From the NCBI GenBank assembly GCA_965277285.1, contig OZ255721.1, forward strand, positions 2,784,001 to 2,848,000: a stretch of DNA of 64,000 nucleotides. The letters are read 5' to 3'. The DNA comes from Abditibacteriaceae bacterium. Its GTDB lineage: Bacteria; Armatimonadota; Abditibacteriia; Abditibacteriales; Abditibacteriaceae. The position numbers and the translations under genes were made by a program. This document shows positions 40,292 through 50,314 of the stretch, piece after piece. Position 1 is the stretch's first letter. Every line of letters starts with the position of its first letter. Below the pieces are notes generated by a model that did not search any database, was not told the origin of the DNA, and saw only the letters and a list, made by a program, of their open reading frames with translations.

Positions 40292-40422
40292 ATTTTCCTT
40301 TGTAAATGTGATGGTTACACCAACTTTGTTCGCAAAAACGGCGCAAATGAACGCTATTTTATTATGAAAAAGTTGCGTTGTTTTGCGTTGTTTTTGCGAA
40401 CAAAGTTGGTGTAACCATCGAG

Positions 40423-42039
40423 TTACTTTTCTATCAGCGATTGGCCTGTCATAACGGCAGGTTGAGCAACGCCCAGCAATTCTAAAAGCGTCGGCGAGAC
40501 ATCGGCCAAGCGTCCGCCGCTGCGCAATCGAGTACTCGAAACGTCTTTGCCGACCAAAATGCACGGCACTGGATTGGTCGTGTGCGCCGTGTGCGGCTCG
40601 CCGGTTTTGTAGTCGAGCATCTGCTCGCAATTACCATGATCGGCGATCACCAGCAGAACGCCGTTGACGTGTTCAATTGCTTTGAGGACTTCGCCCAAAC
40701 CTTTGTCAGCGGCTTCGACACTTTCAATGGCTGCCGCCAAAATGCCGGTGTGACCGACCATATCGGGATTGGCGTAATTCAAAACGATCAAGTCGTATTT
40801 CTCGCTTTCAATCGCCGCCACGACTTTTTGCGTGACTTCCCATGAACTCATCGCCGGTTGCAAATCGTAAGTCGCCACTTTCGGACTGGAAACAAGTATG
40901 CGATCTTCACCTTCCCACGGCGTTTCCAAACCGCCAGAAAAGAAGTACGTGACGTGCGGATATTTTTCGGTTTCGGCGATGCGCAACTGCTTCAAGCCAG
41001 CTTTAGCGACGGTTTCGCCCAAGCCGTCACGCTGCGGGCGCGGTTCAAAGGCAATCGGGCAGGGAAGTTCCGCAGAATAGCGCGTCATCGTCGTGTAATT
41101 GACGCGCGGCCACACGTTGCGACGAAACTTGGTCACAATCGGCGGATGATCGGCTTCGGCTGCGCCCGGCTCCTGCGAGACTTCTTTTAGCGAATCATTA
41201 AATGCTTCGTCGGTGAAAACCTGCGTCAGTTCGCGGCCTCGATCCGAACGATAATTGAAAAACAAAACCGCGTCGTTATCGGCAATGCGCGGCAAAATTT
41301 GGCCGTTTTCTGCAATCGCCGTCGCATGAATGAACTCGTCGTTTTCGCCACGCGCATACGCTTCCTTGATAGCGGAAATCGCGTCCGGCGCGACGTGACC
41401 TTTGCCTTCGGTCAGGCATTCGTAAGCCTGTTGCACACGTTCCCAGCGATTGTCACGATCCATCGCGTAATAGCGCCCGATGACTGACGCGATGCGTCCG
41501 ATGCCGAACTTCTTCATCTGGTCGAGTACTCGATTGAGGTAGATTTGGGCGCTTTGCGGCGGCGTGTCGCGGCCATCGGTGAAGGCGTGCAAAAACACTT
41601 TGTCGGGCGCCAAACCTTCGCGCTGACACATTTCAATCAAGGCCAGGATGTGCGTTTCACTCGAATGCACGCTGCCATCAGACACCAAACCCATCAAATG
41701 GAAATTGGTGTTGTGGATTTTTGCATGATTCATGCTGGCGCGAATCGCTTCGTTTTTGAAGAACTCGCCGCTATCGATTTCGCGGTCAATCAAAAGCGAA
41801 TCTTGCCACACGACGCGCCCGGCGCCGATATTCAAATGTCCGACTTCACTGTTGCCGAAAACGCCGGGCTGCAAGCCGACATCGTTGCCGCTGGCGCTTA
41901 AAGTCGTGTGCGGACAATCGTTCCAGATGTGGTCGAAGTTAGGCGTGTTGCCCAGCGTGACAGCGTTGGCGACCGGATTATCGGACAAGCCCCAGCCGTC
42001 GAGAATGCACAACATCACGGGTTTGTTTTTTGGTGTCAT
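40423..42039 (-). CDS. gpmI: 2,3-bisphosphoglycerate-independent phosphoglycerate mutase
   Basis: ILDGWG, GNSEVGH, DGRDTPP, AETEKYPHVTYFF, NPDMVGHTG, ADHGN. Confidence 0.96.
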   Translation of the reverse strand: MTPKNKPVMLCILDGWGLSDNPVANAVTLGNTPNFDHIWNDCPHTTLSASGNDVGLQPGVFGNSEVGHLNIGAGRVVWQDSLLIDREIDSGEFFKNEAIRASMNHAKIHNTNFHLMGLVSDGSVHSSETHILALIEMCQREGLAPDKVFLHAFTDGRDTPPQSAQIYLNRVLDQMKKFGIGRIASVIGRYYAMDRDNRWERVQQAYECLTEGKGHVAPDAISAIKEAYARGENDEFIHATAIAENGQILPRIADNDAVLFFNYRSDRGRELTQVFTDEAFNDSLKEVSQEPGAAEADHPPIVTKFRRNVWPRVNYTTMTRYSAELPCPIAFEPRPQRDGLGETVAKAGLKQLRIAETEKYPHVTYFFSGGLETPWEGEDRILVSSPKVATYDLQPAMSSWEVTQKVVAAIESEKYDLIVLNYANPDMVGHTGILAAAIESVEAADKGLGEVLKAIEHVNGVLLVIADHGNCEQMLDYKTGEPHTAHTTNPVPCILVGKDVSSTRLRSGGRLADVSPTLLELLGVAQPAVMTGQSLIEK

Positions 42040-42129
42040 AAGGTTTGGGTTCGAGTACGGGAATCGAGTACTCGAAATGAGGAAATACAAACGATCAAGC
42101 GCGGCGAGTTTAACGCGATGATGACCGAG

Positions 42130-42241
42130 ATTGTAGGGGCGAGGCACGCCTCGCCCGAAACTTGCGCGACGACAAAAGATCGCATGGCGAAGCGACGGAA
42201 CAACAGGGAACAACGGGCGAGGCATGCCTCGCCCCTACAAT
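42130..42241. repeat. GTAG-type REP doublet
   Basis: ATTGTAGGGGCGAGGCACGCCTCGCCC ... GGGCGAGGCATGCCTCGCCCCTACAAT. Confidence 0.82.
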
Positions 42242-42330
42242 GTATTGGCGACACAAAAGAAAAGAGCACCCGCGCGATGCGGATGCTCTTTTTGTCGTTA
42301 GCACGTCGTTAATAATTCTGGCGAGACGTC

Positions 42331-43308
42331 TTAGTTGCAACCTGCGTGCGGACCGTTGATGTCCGTCGCCCAGTAGCAGATGTCGCCATAGGCTTGTACG
42401 GCACGGAGCGCTTTGACGTGGCCATCAGCAAACAGCGCGTTGACAGTTTCTAGGTGGCGTCCAATCAAAGGCTGAGCTGCTGCTGGAGTCAAAGTACCGG
42501 CGCCTCCAGAGGCGCTTGCCGACCAATTGGCATTGCCGATGTTCATCCAGTAACTTGCGTATTGGGGTCCTTGCGCGGCTGCGAAATCGGCGTCGCTGCA
42601 ATCGCCCGCGCCTGCGGCACAAGTGCCCGATGGCGTAGTTTTGATGTTGACAACGCCGCCCGTCATGTTGGTCACATCGGGAGCGGCGCCGTAGTAGCTG
42701 GCATCAATAATGTTAATGATGCTGGATGGACGCGAAATCGAAGCGAGCGAAACGCTGATAGGCGCCGGGCTGGTGCCAGCGTAAGCTCCCGCCGGGCTGA
42801 GCCACAAGTCGTTGTGACCGTAAGAGTTTTCTCCGCCGTAACCCGCACCGGCAGCGCCAGGCGCAGCGAATGTGTTCGGGCTGTTGCCGACCCAGGCAGC
42901 GGGGTTGGAAGGACAACGAAAAACGTCGTAGCTCTTCAAATACGGCTGCAGCAGGCTGATCCAGAAGATGCGATTGGCCGCATTGCCTGTAATTCCAGCG
43001 GCATCATACGGGCCACCGTTGGCGTTGGACAGCGGATTCGGCACGCCGTTGAGACGGTGCGGGTACAAGTGCTCATCGTATTCTTGCGAATACTGCATGG
43101 TGGCGATGCCCATCTGCTTCAGGTTGCTGGCGCAACTGGCACGACGGGCGCTTTCGCGCGCTTTGGCGAAAGCCGGGAACAAGATGGCCGCCAAAATCGC
43201 AATGATGGCGATAACGACGAGCAGTTCGATCAGCGTGAAACCACGCTTGGCGCTGGACAATTTGGCGTTGGACGACTTGGCGCTGGTGCGCTCGATACGA
43301 CTTTTCAT
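42331..43308 (-). CDS. Prepilin-type N-terminal cleavage / DUF1559 / H-X9-DG domain protein
   Basis: [57 protein letters not shown]. Confidence 0.93.
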   Translation of the reverse strand: MKSRIERTSAKSSNAKLSSAKRGFTLIELLVVIAIIAILAAILFPAFAKARESARRASCASNLKQMGIATMQYSQEYDEHLYPHRLNGVPNPLSNANGGPYDAAGITGNAANRIFWISLLQPYLKSYDVFRCPSNPAAWVGNSPNTFAAPGAAGAGYGGENSYGHNDLWLSPAGAYAGTSPAPISVSLASISRPSSIINIIDASYYGAAPDVTNMTGGVVNIKTTPSGTCAAGAGDCSDADFAAAQGPQYASYWMNIGNANWSASASGGAGTLTPAAAQPLIGRHLETVNALFADGHVKALRAVQAYGDICYWATDINGPHAGCN

Positions 43309-43526
43309 TTGAAAAACTCCAATCAACAATTCTCTGGAGCGACACCTTTGCCGCTCGACAAAGATTGTCTCTCAGGCGCTTTAAGACCAACTTAAGATGA
43401 GATTAAAGTTTTGGTGAGGCTTTAAAAGGTTCTTTATTGACCTATCGAGTACTCAAATTGTTGGGCAAACGCCTGCGATTTGCGATAATATCGGACATTC
43501 CCCGCCAACCACAAAGGAGACGTAAA

Positions 43527-44534
43527 ATGTCACGACCAGTTACTTTGTTCACCGGACAATGGGCCGATTTGCCGCTCGCCGAACTCGCGCCGCGCGCCAA
43601 ACAAATGGGCTTCGACGGACTCGAACTCGCCTGCTGGGGCGATCATCTCGACGTTAAACGCGGCGCCACTGACCAGGCGTATTGCGACGCGCAAAAGAAA
43701 ATCCTCAGCAACAATGGCCTGCAATTGTTCGCCATTTCCAACCATTTGATGGGACAAGCGGTTTGCGACAACATCGACGAGCGCCACCAATCGATTTTGC
43801 CGCCTCACATCTGGGGCGACGGCGACGCAAAGGGTGTCAATGCGCGCGCTGCCGAAGAAATGAAGGACACGGCGCGCACCGCGAAGAACTTAGGCGTCAA
43901 AGTTGTCAACGGTTTCACGGGAAGTTCGATCTGGCATTTGCTGTATTCGTTTCCGCCTGTCACGCCCAAAATGATCGACCGTGGCTACCAGGATTTCGCC
44001 GACAAATGGAATCCGATTTTAGATGTCTTCGATGAATGCGGCGTCAAGTTCGCCTTGGAAGTTCATCCGACAGAAATTGCTTTCGACATCGTTTCCGCCG
44101 AGCGCGCGCTCGAAGCGATTGGTCGCCGCGAAGCCTTTGGTTTCAATTACGATCCCAGTCACTTGGGTTATCAGCACGTCGCTTATGTCGACTTTATCCG
44201 TGACTTCGCCGACCGCATTTATCACGTCCACATGAAAGACGTGTATTGGTCGAGCACGCCGCAACGCGCTGGCGTTTTCGGCGGTCATGTCAACTTCGGC
44301 GATTATCGTCGCTATTGGGATTTTCGCAGTTTGGGACACGGCAAAATCAACTTCGAGGAAATCATTCGCGCCCTCAACTCGATTGATTATCAAGGCCCGC
44401 TGTCGATTGAATGGGAAGACAGCGGCATGGATCGTTTTCATGGCGCCGAAGAAGCCGCCGCTTTCACCAAAAAAGCCGATTTCAAGCCCAGCGACCGCGC
44501 TTTCGATTCCGCCTTCGACAAGGAAGAGCAATAA
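43527..44534 (+). CDS. Sugar phosphate isomerase/epimerase (xylose-isomerase-like TIM barrel)
   Basis: [48 protein letters not shown]. Confidence 0.9.
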   Translation: MSRPVTLFTGQWADLPLAELAPRAKQMGFDGLELACWGDHLDVKRGATDQAYCDAQKKILSNNGLQLFAISNHLMGQAVCDNIDERHQSILPPHIWGDGDAKGVNARAAEEMKDTARTAKNLGVKVVNGFTGSSIWHLLYSFPPVTPKMIDRGYQDFADKWNPILDVFDECGVKFALEVHPTEIAFDIVSAERALEAIGRREAFGFNYDPSHLGYQHVAYVDFIRDFADRIYHVHMKDVYWSSTPQRAGVFGGHVNFGDYRRYWDFRSLGHGKINFEEIIRALNSIDYQGPLSIEWEDSGMDRFHGAEEAAAFTKKADFKPSDRAFDSAFDKEEQ

Positions 44535-44707
44535 CGGTTTCGATCTTGGATTTTAGGTCTTCGAGTACTCATAATTTTTCAAAGACCCGAAATCCAAGAC
44601 CCAAAACTTATTCGTTTTGCTTTTTAAGGAGTTTTGGCCGACAATGAGGATGGTTTGCGATGAGGTGAACCAAAAGTGTAAATACTGGCGGCAAATTGGA
44701 GGAGTCT

Positions 44708-45355
44708 ATGAAAACAGTTGGTATCAAAACGACGTTGGGGAAAACAAGTTGGGGTTTGGCGATGTTGGGTGTTACATCGTTGAGCGGAGTTGTCGGCGCA
44801 GGAGCAGTTCCTGTTTCGCCCGGCGCGCCGCAAACACTGAGTGGCACAACGGTCGCGGCGCGTCCTGAACTGGCGGGGACAGTACTCGAAGATCGCGTCC
44901 GCGAGTTCTCGTTCACCAATTCATCGGGCGCGACGATTCGCGGAACGTTTCAAGACCGCGTGGTCAAGCGCACCAGTTCGGGTTTGCTCGAGTTTTCGTT
45001 TCGCATTAAAAACGATTCGACTTCGGCGGGCAATATCGTCGTCGTAAACCGCCAGAATTATAGCGGGTTTGCCCCGGTGGATGTGGATTATCGGCTGGAT
45101 GGATTGGGAACTGTTGGCGCTTCATCTGCGGCACATGGCGGTGGCGCGAATGCTCGCATCAAATTCGATTTTTTCGCCTCGCCAATTTTGCCCGGCAAAG
45201 AATCGCGCTTTCATTTCATTGGCACCAACGCAACGAGCTACAATGAAAATGGAAAGGTCGGCTTGCAGTCGAATAACGGCGGCTACACGACGTTCAAAGT
45301 TTTTTCGCCCAACCTGCCCCCGCGACGGCCCCGAGCGAAGATAAAGTTGAAATAG
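44708..45355 (+). CDS. Secreted hypothetical beta-rich protein
   Basis: GGAGGAG RBS, signal peptide ending AGA|VP. Confidence 0.7.
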   Translation: MKTVGIKTTLGKTSWGLAMLGVTSLSGVVGAGAVPVSPGAPQTLSGTTVAARPELAGTVLEDRVREFSFTNSSGATIRGTFQDRVVKRTSSGLLEFSFRIKNDSTSAGNIVVVNRQNYSGFAPVDVDYRLDGLGTVGASSAAHGGGANARIKFDFFASPILPGKESRFHFIGTNATSYNENGKVGLQSNNGGYTTFKVFSPNLPPRRPRAKIKLK

Positions 45356-45398
45356 TTTTTCTGTCCCGTTGTTAGGCCAGCGCGCCGTTGATGTGTCG

Positions 45399-45875
45399 TT
45401 AGGCGCCGATGTGCAAAACCTCGAACTTGACGATGCCGTTGGGGCCTTGCACTTCGGCGATGTCGCCTTTTTTCTTGCCCAGCAGCGCTTGTCCGACTGG
45501 CGAATCGGTGGAGGCGCCGCCTTCCAAATCGTCGTCGTCCAATTCTTCGGGCGTGACGATGGTGTAAGTGCGCTCTTTGCCGGAATCGAGTACTCGAACG
45601 CGCACGGGAACGCCTTGAATCACTTCATCGACGTGTTGTCCGGCTTCTAAAATGGTGGCGCCGGACAAGCGTTGTTCCAGTGCGGCGATGCGCGCTTCGG
45701 CCATGCCCTGCATATCTTTGGCGTGATGATAAGCGTGGTTTTCCTTGAGGTCGCCTTGCTCGCGCGCTTCCTTGATGTCGTTGATAATTTCGCTGCGCTG
45801 CGCCTTCAGCTTGTCCAACTCGTTTTGCAAACGTTCAAAACCTTCGCGCGTGAAGCGGGGTTCGGTGGCTGCCAT
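45399..45875 (-). CDS. greA: Transcription elongation factor GreA
   Basis: AREQGDLKENHAY, DSPVGQALLGKKKGD. Confidence 0.93.
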   Translation of the reverse strand: MAATEPRFTREGFERLQNELDKLKAQRSEIINDIKEAREQGDLKENHAYHHAKDMQGMAEARIAALEQRLSGATILEAGQHVDEVIQGVPVRVRVLDSGKERTYTIVTPEELDDDDLEGGASTDSPVGQALLGKKKGDIAEVQGPNGIVKFEVLHIGA

Positions 45876-46200
45876 TTTTCGTCCTTCTGCGTCCGTAGAG
45901 TAGCGCAATTTTAACGCGTGCAAGAAATACTCGCAAAGTCGAGCCAAAAGAAATCGCTCGACAGGCCGCACCTCGATGCCGGCTTCACGGCTGGTCGAGT
46001 TCGTGGCTCAAAGAAAGCGGAATGCGGTTTTGGCATCTTCTTTGCGCAAGGGCGCGGCGTAAAAGTTGTGGATCGTTCATTGGAAACATTGAAAGGAACG
46101 GTTCGTTGCTGAAATCAAGTGGCAAAGCATTGTATAATGTCGCACGACGAACTGCCGGACGGTCGGCAGGCAGATCAAAAGATTTTGAGGAGGAAGTACC

Positions 46201-46437
46201 ATGCGTAAACTGATTGTTGTCGGAACTTTGGCGGCTGTGGCTTTGTTGAGCGCGGCGGGTGCCAAGCAGGCGAGCGCGCAGACGAACTACCCGAACGTGG
46301 CGGGCGTAACGCCCTTCTCGCAGGGCGCGAACTACATGTCGTTGGCGGGTTACCTGCGCTATCGCTATTTACTCGATTCCGGTCGCTGGATCACGCGTGA
46401 AGAAGCCGAAAACGCTGTCAAGTCGCAAACCGGCTAA
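46201..46437 (+). CDS. Small secreted hypothetical protein
   Basis: GAGGAGG RBS, signal peptide ending ASA|Q. Confidence 0.75.
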   Translation: MRKLIVVGTLAAVALLSAAGAKQASAQTNYPNVAGVTPFSQGANYMSLAGYLRYRYLLDSGRWITREEAENAVKSQTG

Positions 46438-46749
46438 TCTTTAAAGATAACCGGCGTAACGGCAAAACGAGATCGAGGCGCAGCGACCGTGCGGAAAATT
46501 TTGTACTGAAGCGAACCTTATCTTGTGCTTGTCGTCCTGAAGCGGCACCGTCGATGTTATGACGGTGTCGCTTTTTTGTCGATATTTCGCCTCATCTTTG
46601 CGCGCCTCGAACCAAAACTCCAGTTTCCAACGCTCGCCGTTTTCCTATATCTTTTGTATCTTGATCATTACACCCGTTCATCACGTTTGTTCAACGCCGG
46701 TTTCCCTGTCGCCGGTTCGTTCAACTTCAGCTTATCGAAGGATTTCACT

Positions 46750-49700
46750 GTGACCGTTTTCTTTTCCCTGTCTTCAACGCAGACTTTATCGCAGCAACCT
46801 CGCTCGACACCATCTTTTTTGCCGTCGTTTCGCGTGTTCTCCCGTATGTCCGCGTTAGTCGCCGCAACGTTTGTGGCGACTTCGTTTTTTTCGTTGTCCC
46901 CGGCGTGCGCGCAAGCCATGGAAGCGCCATCGAGTACTCGAATGGAGATCCCAGCACCGGCCACGTTGCTCGCTACGCCCGTGCCGCTTTTTGATGCCTC
47001 GTCCGCGGGCGCTTTGAAGTTAAACACGCTCAATGCTGCGCCGCGTTTGTCATTAGAAGATGTGAACGCGCGCGTTCTTTTGACGGCTTCCACCGCGACA
47101 CCGATAACCAACACAAATGCGGTCAGCGCGAATGCAGCAACTACGAATGCAGCAACGGTGACCGTTTCAAGAACGACAGCTTTAAGCACTCCAAGCGTCC
47201 GAACTCTTGCGCCATCAACGTCCGTTGCGCCTGTTGTTTCAGCGCCTACGGTAACTCCCACAATTGCTTCGCCACGCGCTACTTCTTCAGCGCCAATGGT
47301 TGCGCCAGCGTCTTCGCCTCGCGTGCCTGCGATTGAAACGCCATCGTCTGGCGCGGTTGCTTCAACGAATCAAATCACGATCAATGTGAATGGGCGCACC
47401 ATTGTCACGAAAACGGCGCCGGTTTTACAAAGCGGTTCGGTCTTGGTGCCTTTGCGCGGCGTGCTGGAAGATTTGGGCGCGACGATTGGCTTCAATGCGC
47501 AAACGCAAGGCATCGTGGTAATTCAAGGAGCGCGTCGCGTCGTTTTGCTGCTGGGTTCGCGCGATGCGACGGTGAACGGCAAGGCGGTTCGTCTTTCCGC
47601 GGCGCCGCAACTCATCGGTGGCAGCGCGTTTGTGCCGCTGCGTTCGTTGGCGCAACTTTTCGGCTACGATGTGCAGTGGATTCCCGCGACCAACACCGTT
47701 TCCATTCAAAACGCTTCCGGCATCGTGCTGCCGACCGCCAATCATCACCAGGCTTTGAAAATGGTCGGACATTTGGGCGTCGGAATTTCTTTTGTGGAAG
47801 GCGATTCAACCGTCAGCGACGTGGAAGCCGACCGTTTGCTGGACGCCGCCAAAGATGCGGGTGCCTCGCTGATTAAAGTCCGCTTCGACTGGGGCGTACT
47901 CGAACCGACGCGCGGCGCGACTTTTCAGTGGCCGTTTTACGACCGCATTATTCTGGGCGCGCGTCGTCGCGGATTGACAATTGAAGGCGTTCTGGGACAA
48001 TCAACGAAGTGGGCTTCGACCTTTCCCAACGCCAGCGATCCCGAACAATGGCGTAACGGCGCGCCGCGCGAAAACCAGATGAAAGCGTGGCAGAACTACG
48101 TGAAACGCGTTGTCGGGCGCTACAAAAACGACGTCCAAGCCTGGCAGGTTTGGGAAAAAACGTCCGCCGACCGTTTTCGCTCCAGCCAAACCGTTTATCG
48201 CAAGTTTCTGCTGGGCGCGACAGAGGCCGCGCGTGCCGCCGACTCGAACGCCATTTTGTTCGCCGCTGAACCGGGCGGATTAGATTTAGATGTCATCGAT
48301 TCGCTGAGCCACAGCCAGGCGGCACCGCTGCTGGATGGCGTGGCGATTTATCCGGTTTCGCAAAACCAACCCGGTTCGGTCGCGCCCACCGGCGATTTTC
48401 TGCGCCCTTACACGACTTTGTTGACCAATCCCGACTTCAGCGGCAGCGCCACGCATCCCTTCCGCGATTTCTGGATCGGCGGCCTGAGTCGTCCTGTTCT
48501 CGGCGAAAATGAGAACACTGTGGTCACCAATGCCTCAACTTCGAGTACTGGAAATGCAGTGAACCTGACGACGATGAGCCTGGTTTCCAACTCGGCAGGC
48601 ACTACGTCGGCTATCAACACGACATCGGAAATTGCGACTGATGATGCGGATACGCGCGCGCGCTTGCTACAGACTTTTACGGCAAATGCGCAGGCCGATT
48701 ACCTGACGCAATCGAGCGTGCTGGCACTCGCGGCGGGCAGCGATAAAGTGTTTTGGAGTGAATTGCGCGACCGCGCGACTTACGAAAGCATCGCGCCGAT
48801 CAACGCCGAATACAATTCCGGCTTGCTGCGCCGCGATTTTTCACCGCGACCTTCGTTCAACGCCTTCAAAACGCTGTCTGAGCAAGTCAAAGGCAAAAAA
48901 TACGTTGGCTCGCTCGCGCTGGGGCCGAACATCGTCGCGCTGGTTTTCGACGATGGCACGGACGCATCGGTCGCGGCCTGGACAACGCAAGGTACGGCGC
49001 CTTTAATTATCAACGCGACCGGCCAAAACCCGGGCGTGCCGAATTCGTTGTATCTTTCCTCGGTCGCCACGACGCAGGTTTTGGACGCGACAGGCAATGT
49101 GCTGGGCGGTGGACAAGTCAACGCAAACCTGACGCAGCGCCCGATCTGGATCACGCACATCGGTTATGAAACGCGCGCCGCGATCCGCAAGTCGCAAGCG
49201 CGTGGCGTCTTGCTCGATGCCACGTCGCCGACTTTTGTGGCGGCGCAGGGCGTTTCCGCCGATTTCAGTTCGGCTGGCAACGAATCGGGATTGTATTGGC
49301 GCAAGTTTTCGCAGTTTCGCGGCGCTGCCAACAAAATTGTCACAGTTGGAGACCGCAGCGGATTGAAGACCGAAGTGTCGCGCAACATTCTCGATCCCGC
49401 AGCGGGCAAATTTTTCATCTTCCTGGATGTCGATGACGATTACCTTTACCTGACGCACGACGTTCCCGTCGAAGTCACCGTGACCGTCAAGCGTCCGATG
49501 CCGGAAACGCAAACTTTGGTCACTTCGTCGGCAGGTTTCAATATCGAGTACTCGACTCCCGAAGGAACCGGGCGCACGCCCTGGCAAGTCGTCGAGGCCG
49601 GCACCGATTGGGCGACTTACACTTTCACGCTGCCCAACGCTTCATTTTCCAATCGTGGCGGCTACGACATGGTGATCAACACCTTCGGATCGAAAAAAGA

Positions 49701-49758
49701 CATAGTCTTCGGCTCGGTTGCGGTGCGACGCTTGGACGCCGCTCCAACAACCCCATGA
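46750..49758 (+). CDS. Secreted protein: Ser/Thr/Pro linker + copper-amine-oxidase-N (stalk) domain + clan GH-A-like barrel (start uncertain)
   Basis: VLVPLRGVLEDLGA / AFVPLRSLAQLFGYDVQW stalk repeats; RFDWGVLEP..G.FQW..YD; SGLLRRDFSPRPSFNAF. Confidence 0.75.
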   Translation: MTVFFSLSSTQTLSQQPRSTPSFLPSFRVFSRMSALVAATFVATSFFSLSPACAQAMEAPSSTRMEIPAPATLLATPVPLFDASSAGALKLNTLNAAPRLSLEDVNARVLLTASTATPITNTNAVSANAATTNAATVTVSRTTALSTPSVRTLAPSTSVAPVVSAPTVTPTIASPRATSSAPMVAPASSPRVPAIETPSSGAVASTNQITINVNGRTIVTKTAPVLQSGSVLVPLRGVLEDLGATIGFNAQTQGIVVIQGARRVVLLLGSRDATVNGKAVRLSAAPQLIGGSAFVPLRSLAQLFGYDVQWIPATNTVSIQNASGIVLPTANHHQALKMVGHLGVGISFVEGDSTVSDVEADRLLDAAKDAGASLIKVRFDWGVLEPTRGATFQWPFYDRIILGARRRGLTIEGVLGQSTKWASTFPNASDPEQWRNGAPRENQMKAWQNYVKRVVGRYKNDVQAWQVWEKTSADRFRSSQTVYRKFLLGATEAARAADSNAILFAAEPGGLDLDVIDSLSHSQAAPLLDGVAIYPVSQNQPGSVAPTGDFLRPYTTLLTNPDFSGSATHPFRDFWIGGLSRPVLGENENTVVTNASTSSTGNAVNLTTMSLVSNSAGTTSAINTTSEIATDDADTRARLLQTFTANAQADYLTQSSVLALAAGSDKVFWSELRDRATYESIAPINAEYNSGLLRRDFSPRPSFNAFKTLSEQVKGKKYVGSLALGPNIVALVFDDGTDASVAAWTTQGTAPLIINATGQNPGVPNSLYLSSVATTQVLDATGNVLGGGQVNANLTQRPIWITHIGYETRAAIRKSQARGVLLDATSPTFVAAQGVSADFSSAGNESGLYWRKFSQFRGAANKIVTVGDRSGLKTEVSRNILDPAAGKFFIFLDVDDDYLYLTHDVPVEVTVTVKRPMPETQTLVTSSAGFNIEYSTPEGTGRTPWQVVEAGTDWATYTFTLPNASFSNRGGYDMVINTFGSKKDIVFGSVAVRRLDAAPTTP

Positions 49759-50033
49759 AACAACGGCAACTTGACACAAGTTGAACATCTGAAAAATAAG
49801 TAGCGAAAGGCCGGACGATTTCTGAAAAAACATTGAACATCGTCCGGCTTTTGTCGTATGCCGTTCAGCTTTTGAAACCAGCGCCGTATTTTGCAAGACA
49901 TTTTTGCTGTGCGAGCGTACGTTTTCGATTCCGTCTATGAATCGAGTACTCGAAAGCTTCTCTCCCGTTGACGCCTCAAAATGCCAAGCTGTGAAATTTG
50001 CTGAATTCGTACAGAAAATTGCAAGAAAGTACC

Positions 50034-50062
50034 TTGTCAAGAGGCGAGCTTGCAATTATAAT
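50034..50062 (+). promoter_or_regulatory. Sigma-70 promoter for the SLH porin gene
   Basis: TTGTCA (50034-50039), 17-nt spacer, TATAAT (50057-50062). Confidence 0.7.
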
Positions 50063-50314
50063 AGCTGCGAACTCTGCTGATTTCCTCTTGTTTGAGGAGG
50101 TCGAACGGCAGAATTTTTAGGAATCAGCGCAGGAACCATTGCTTTATACGGACAATTCCAGTCGAATGCAGGTGAGCAGAGGAAACATGGCCACTCTTGT
50201 CTCTAACGTGTTCAATCACCGTCTGTCCAAACAAAGCGATTTTTCTCCTGATTTCAGTTGTACCGACTTCGAGAATGGTCTCGAAGCGGAGATTCAATGG
50301 ATCAAGGAGATTCA

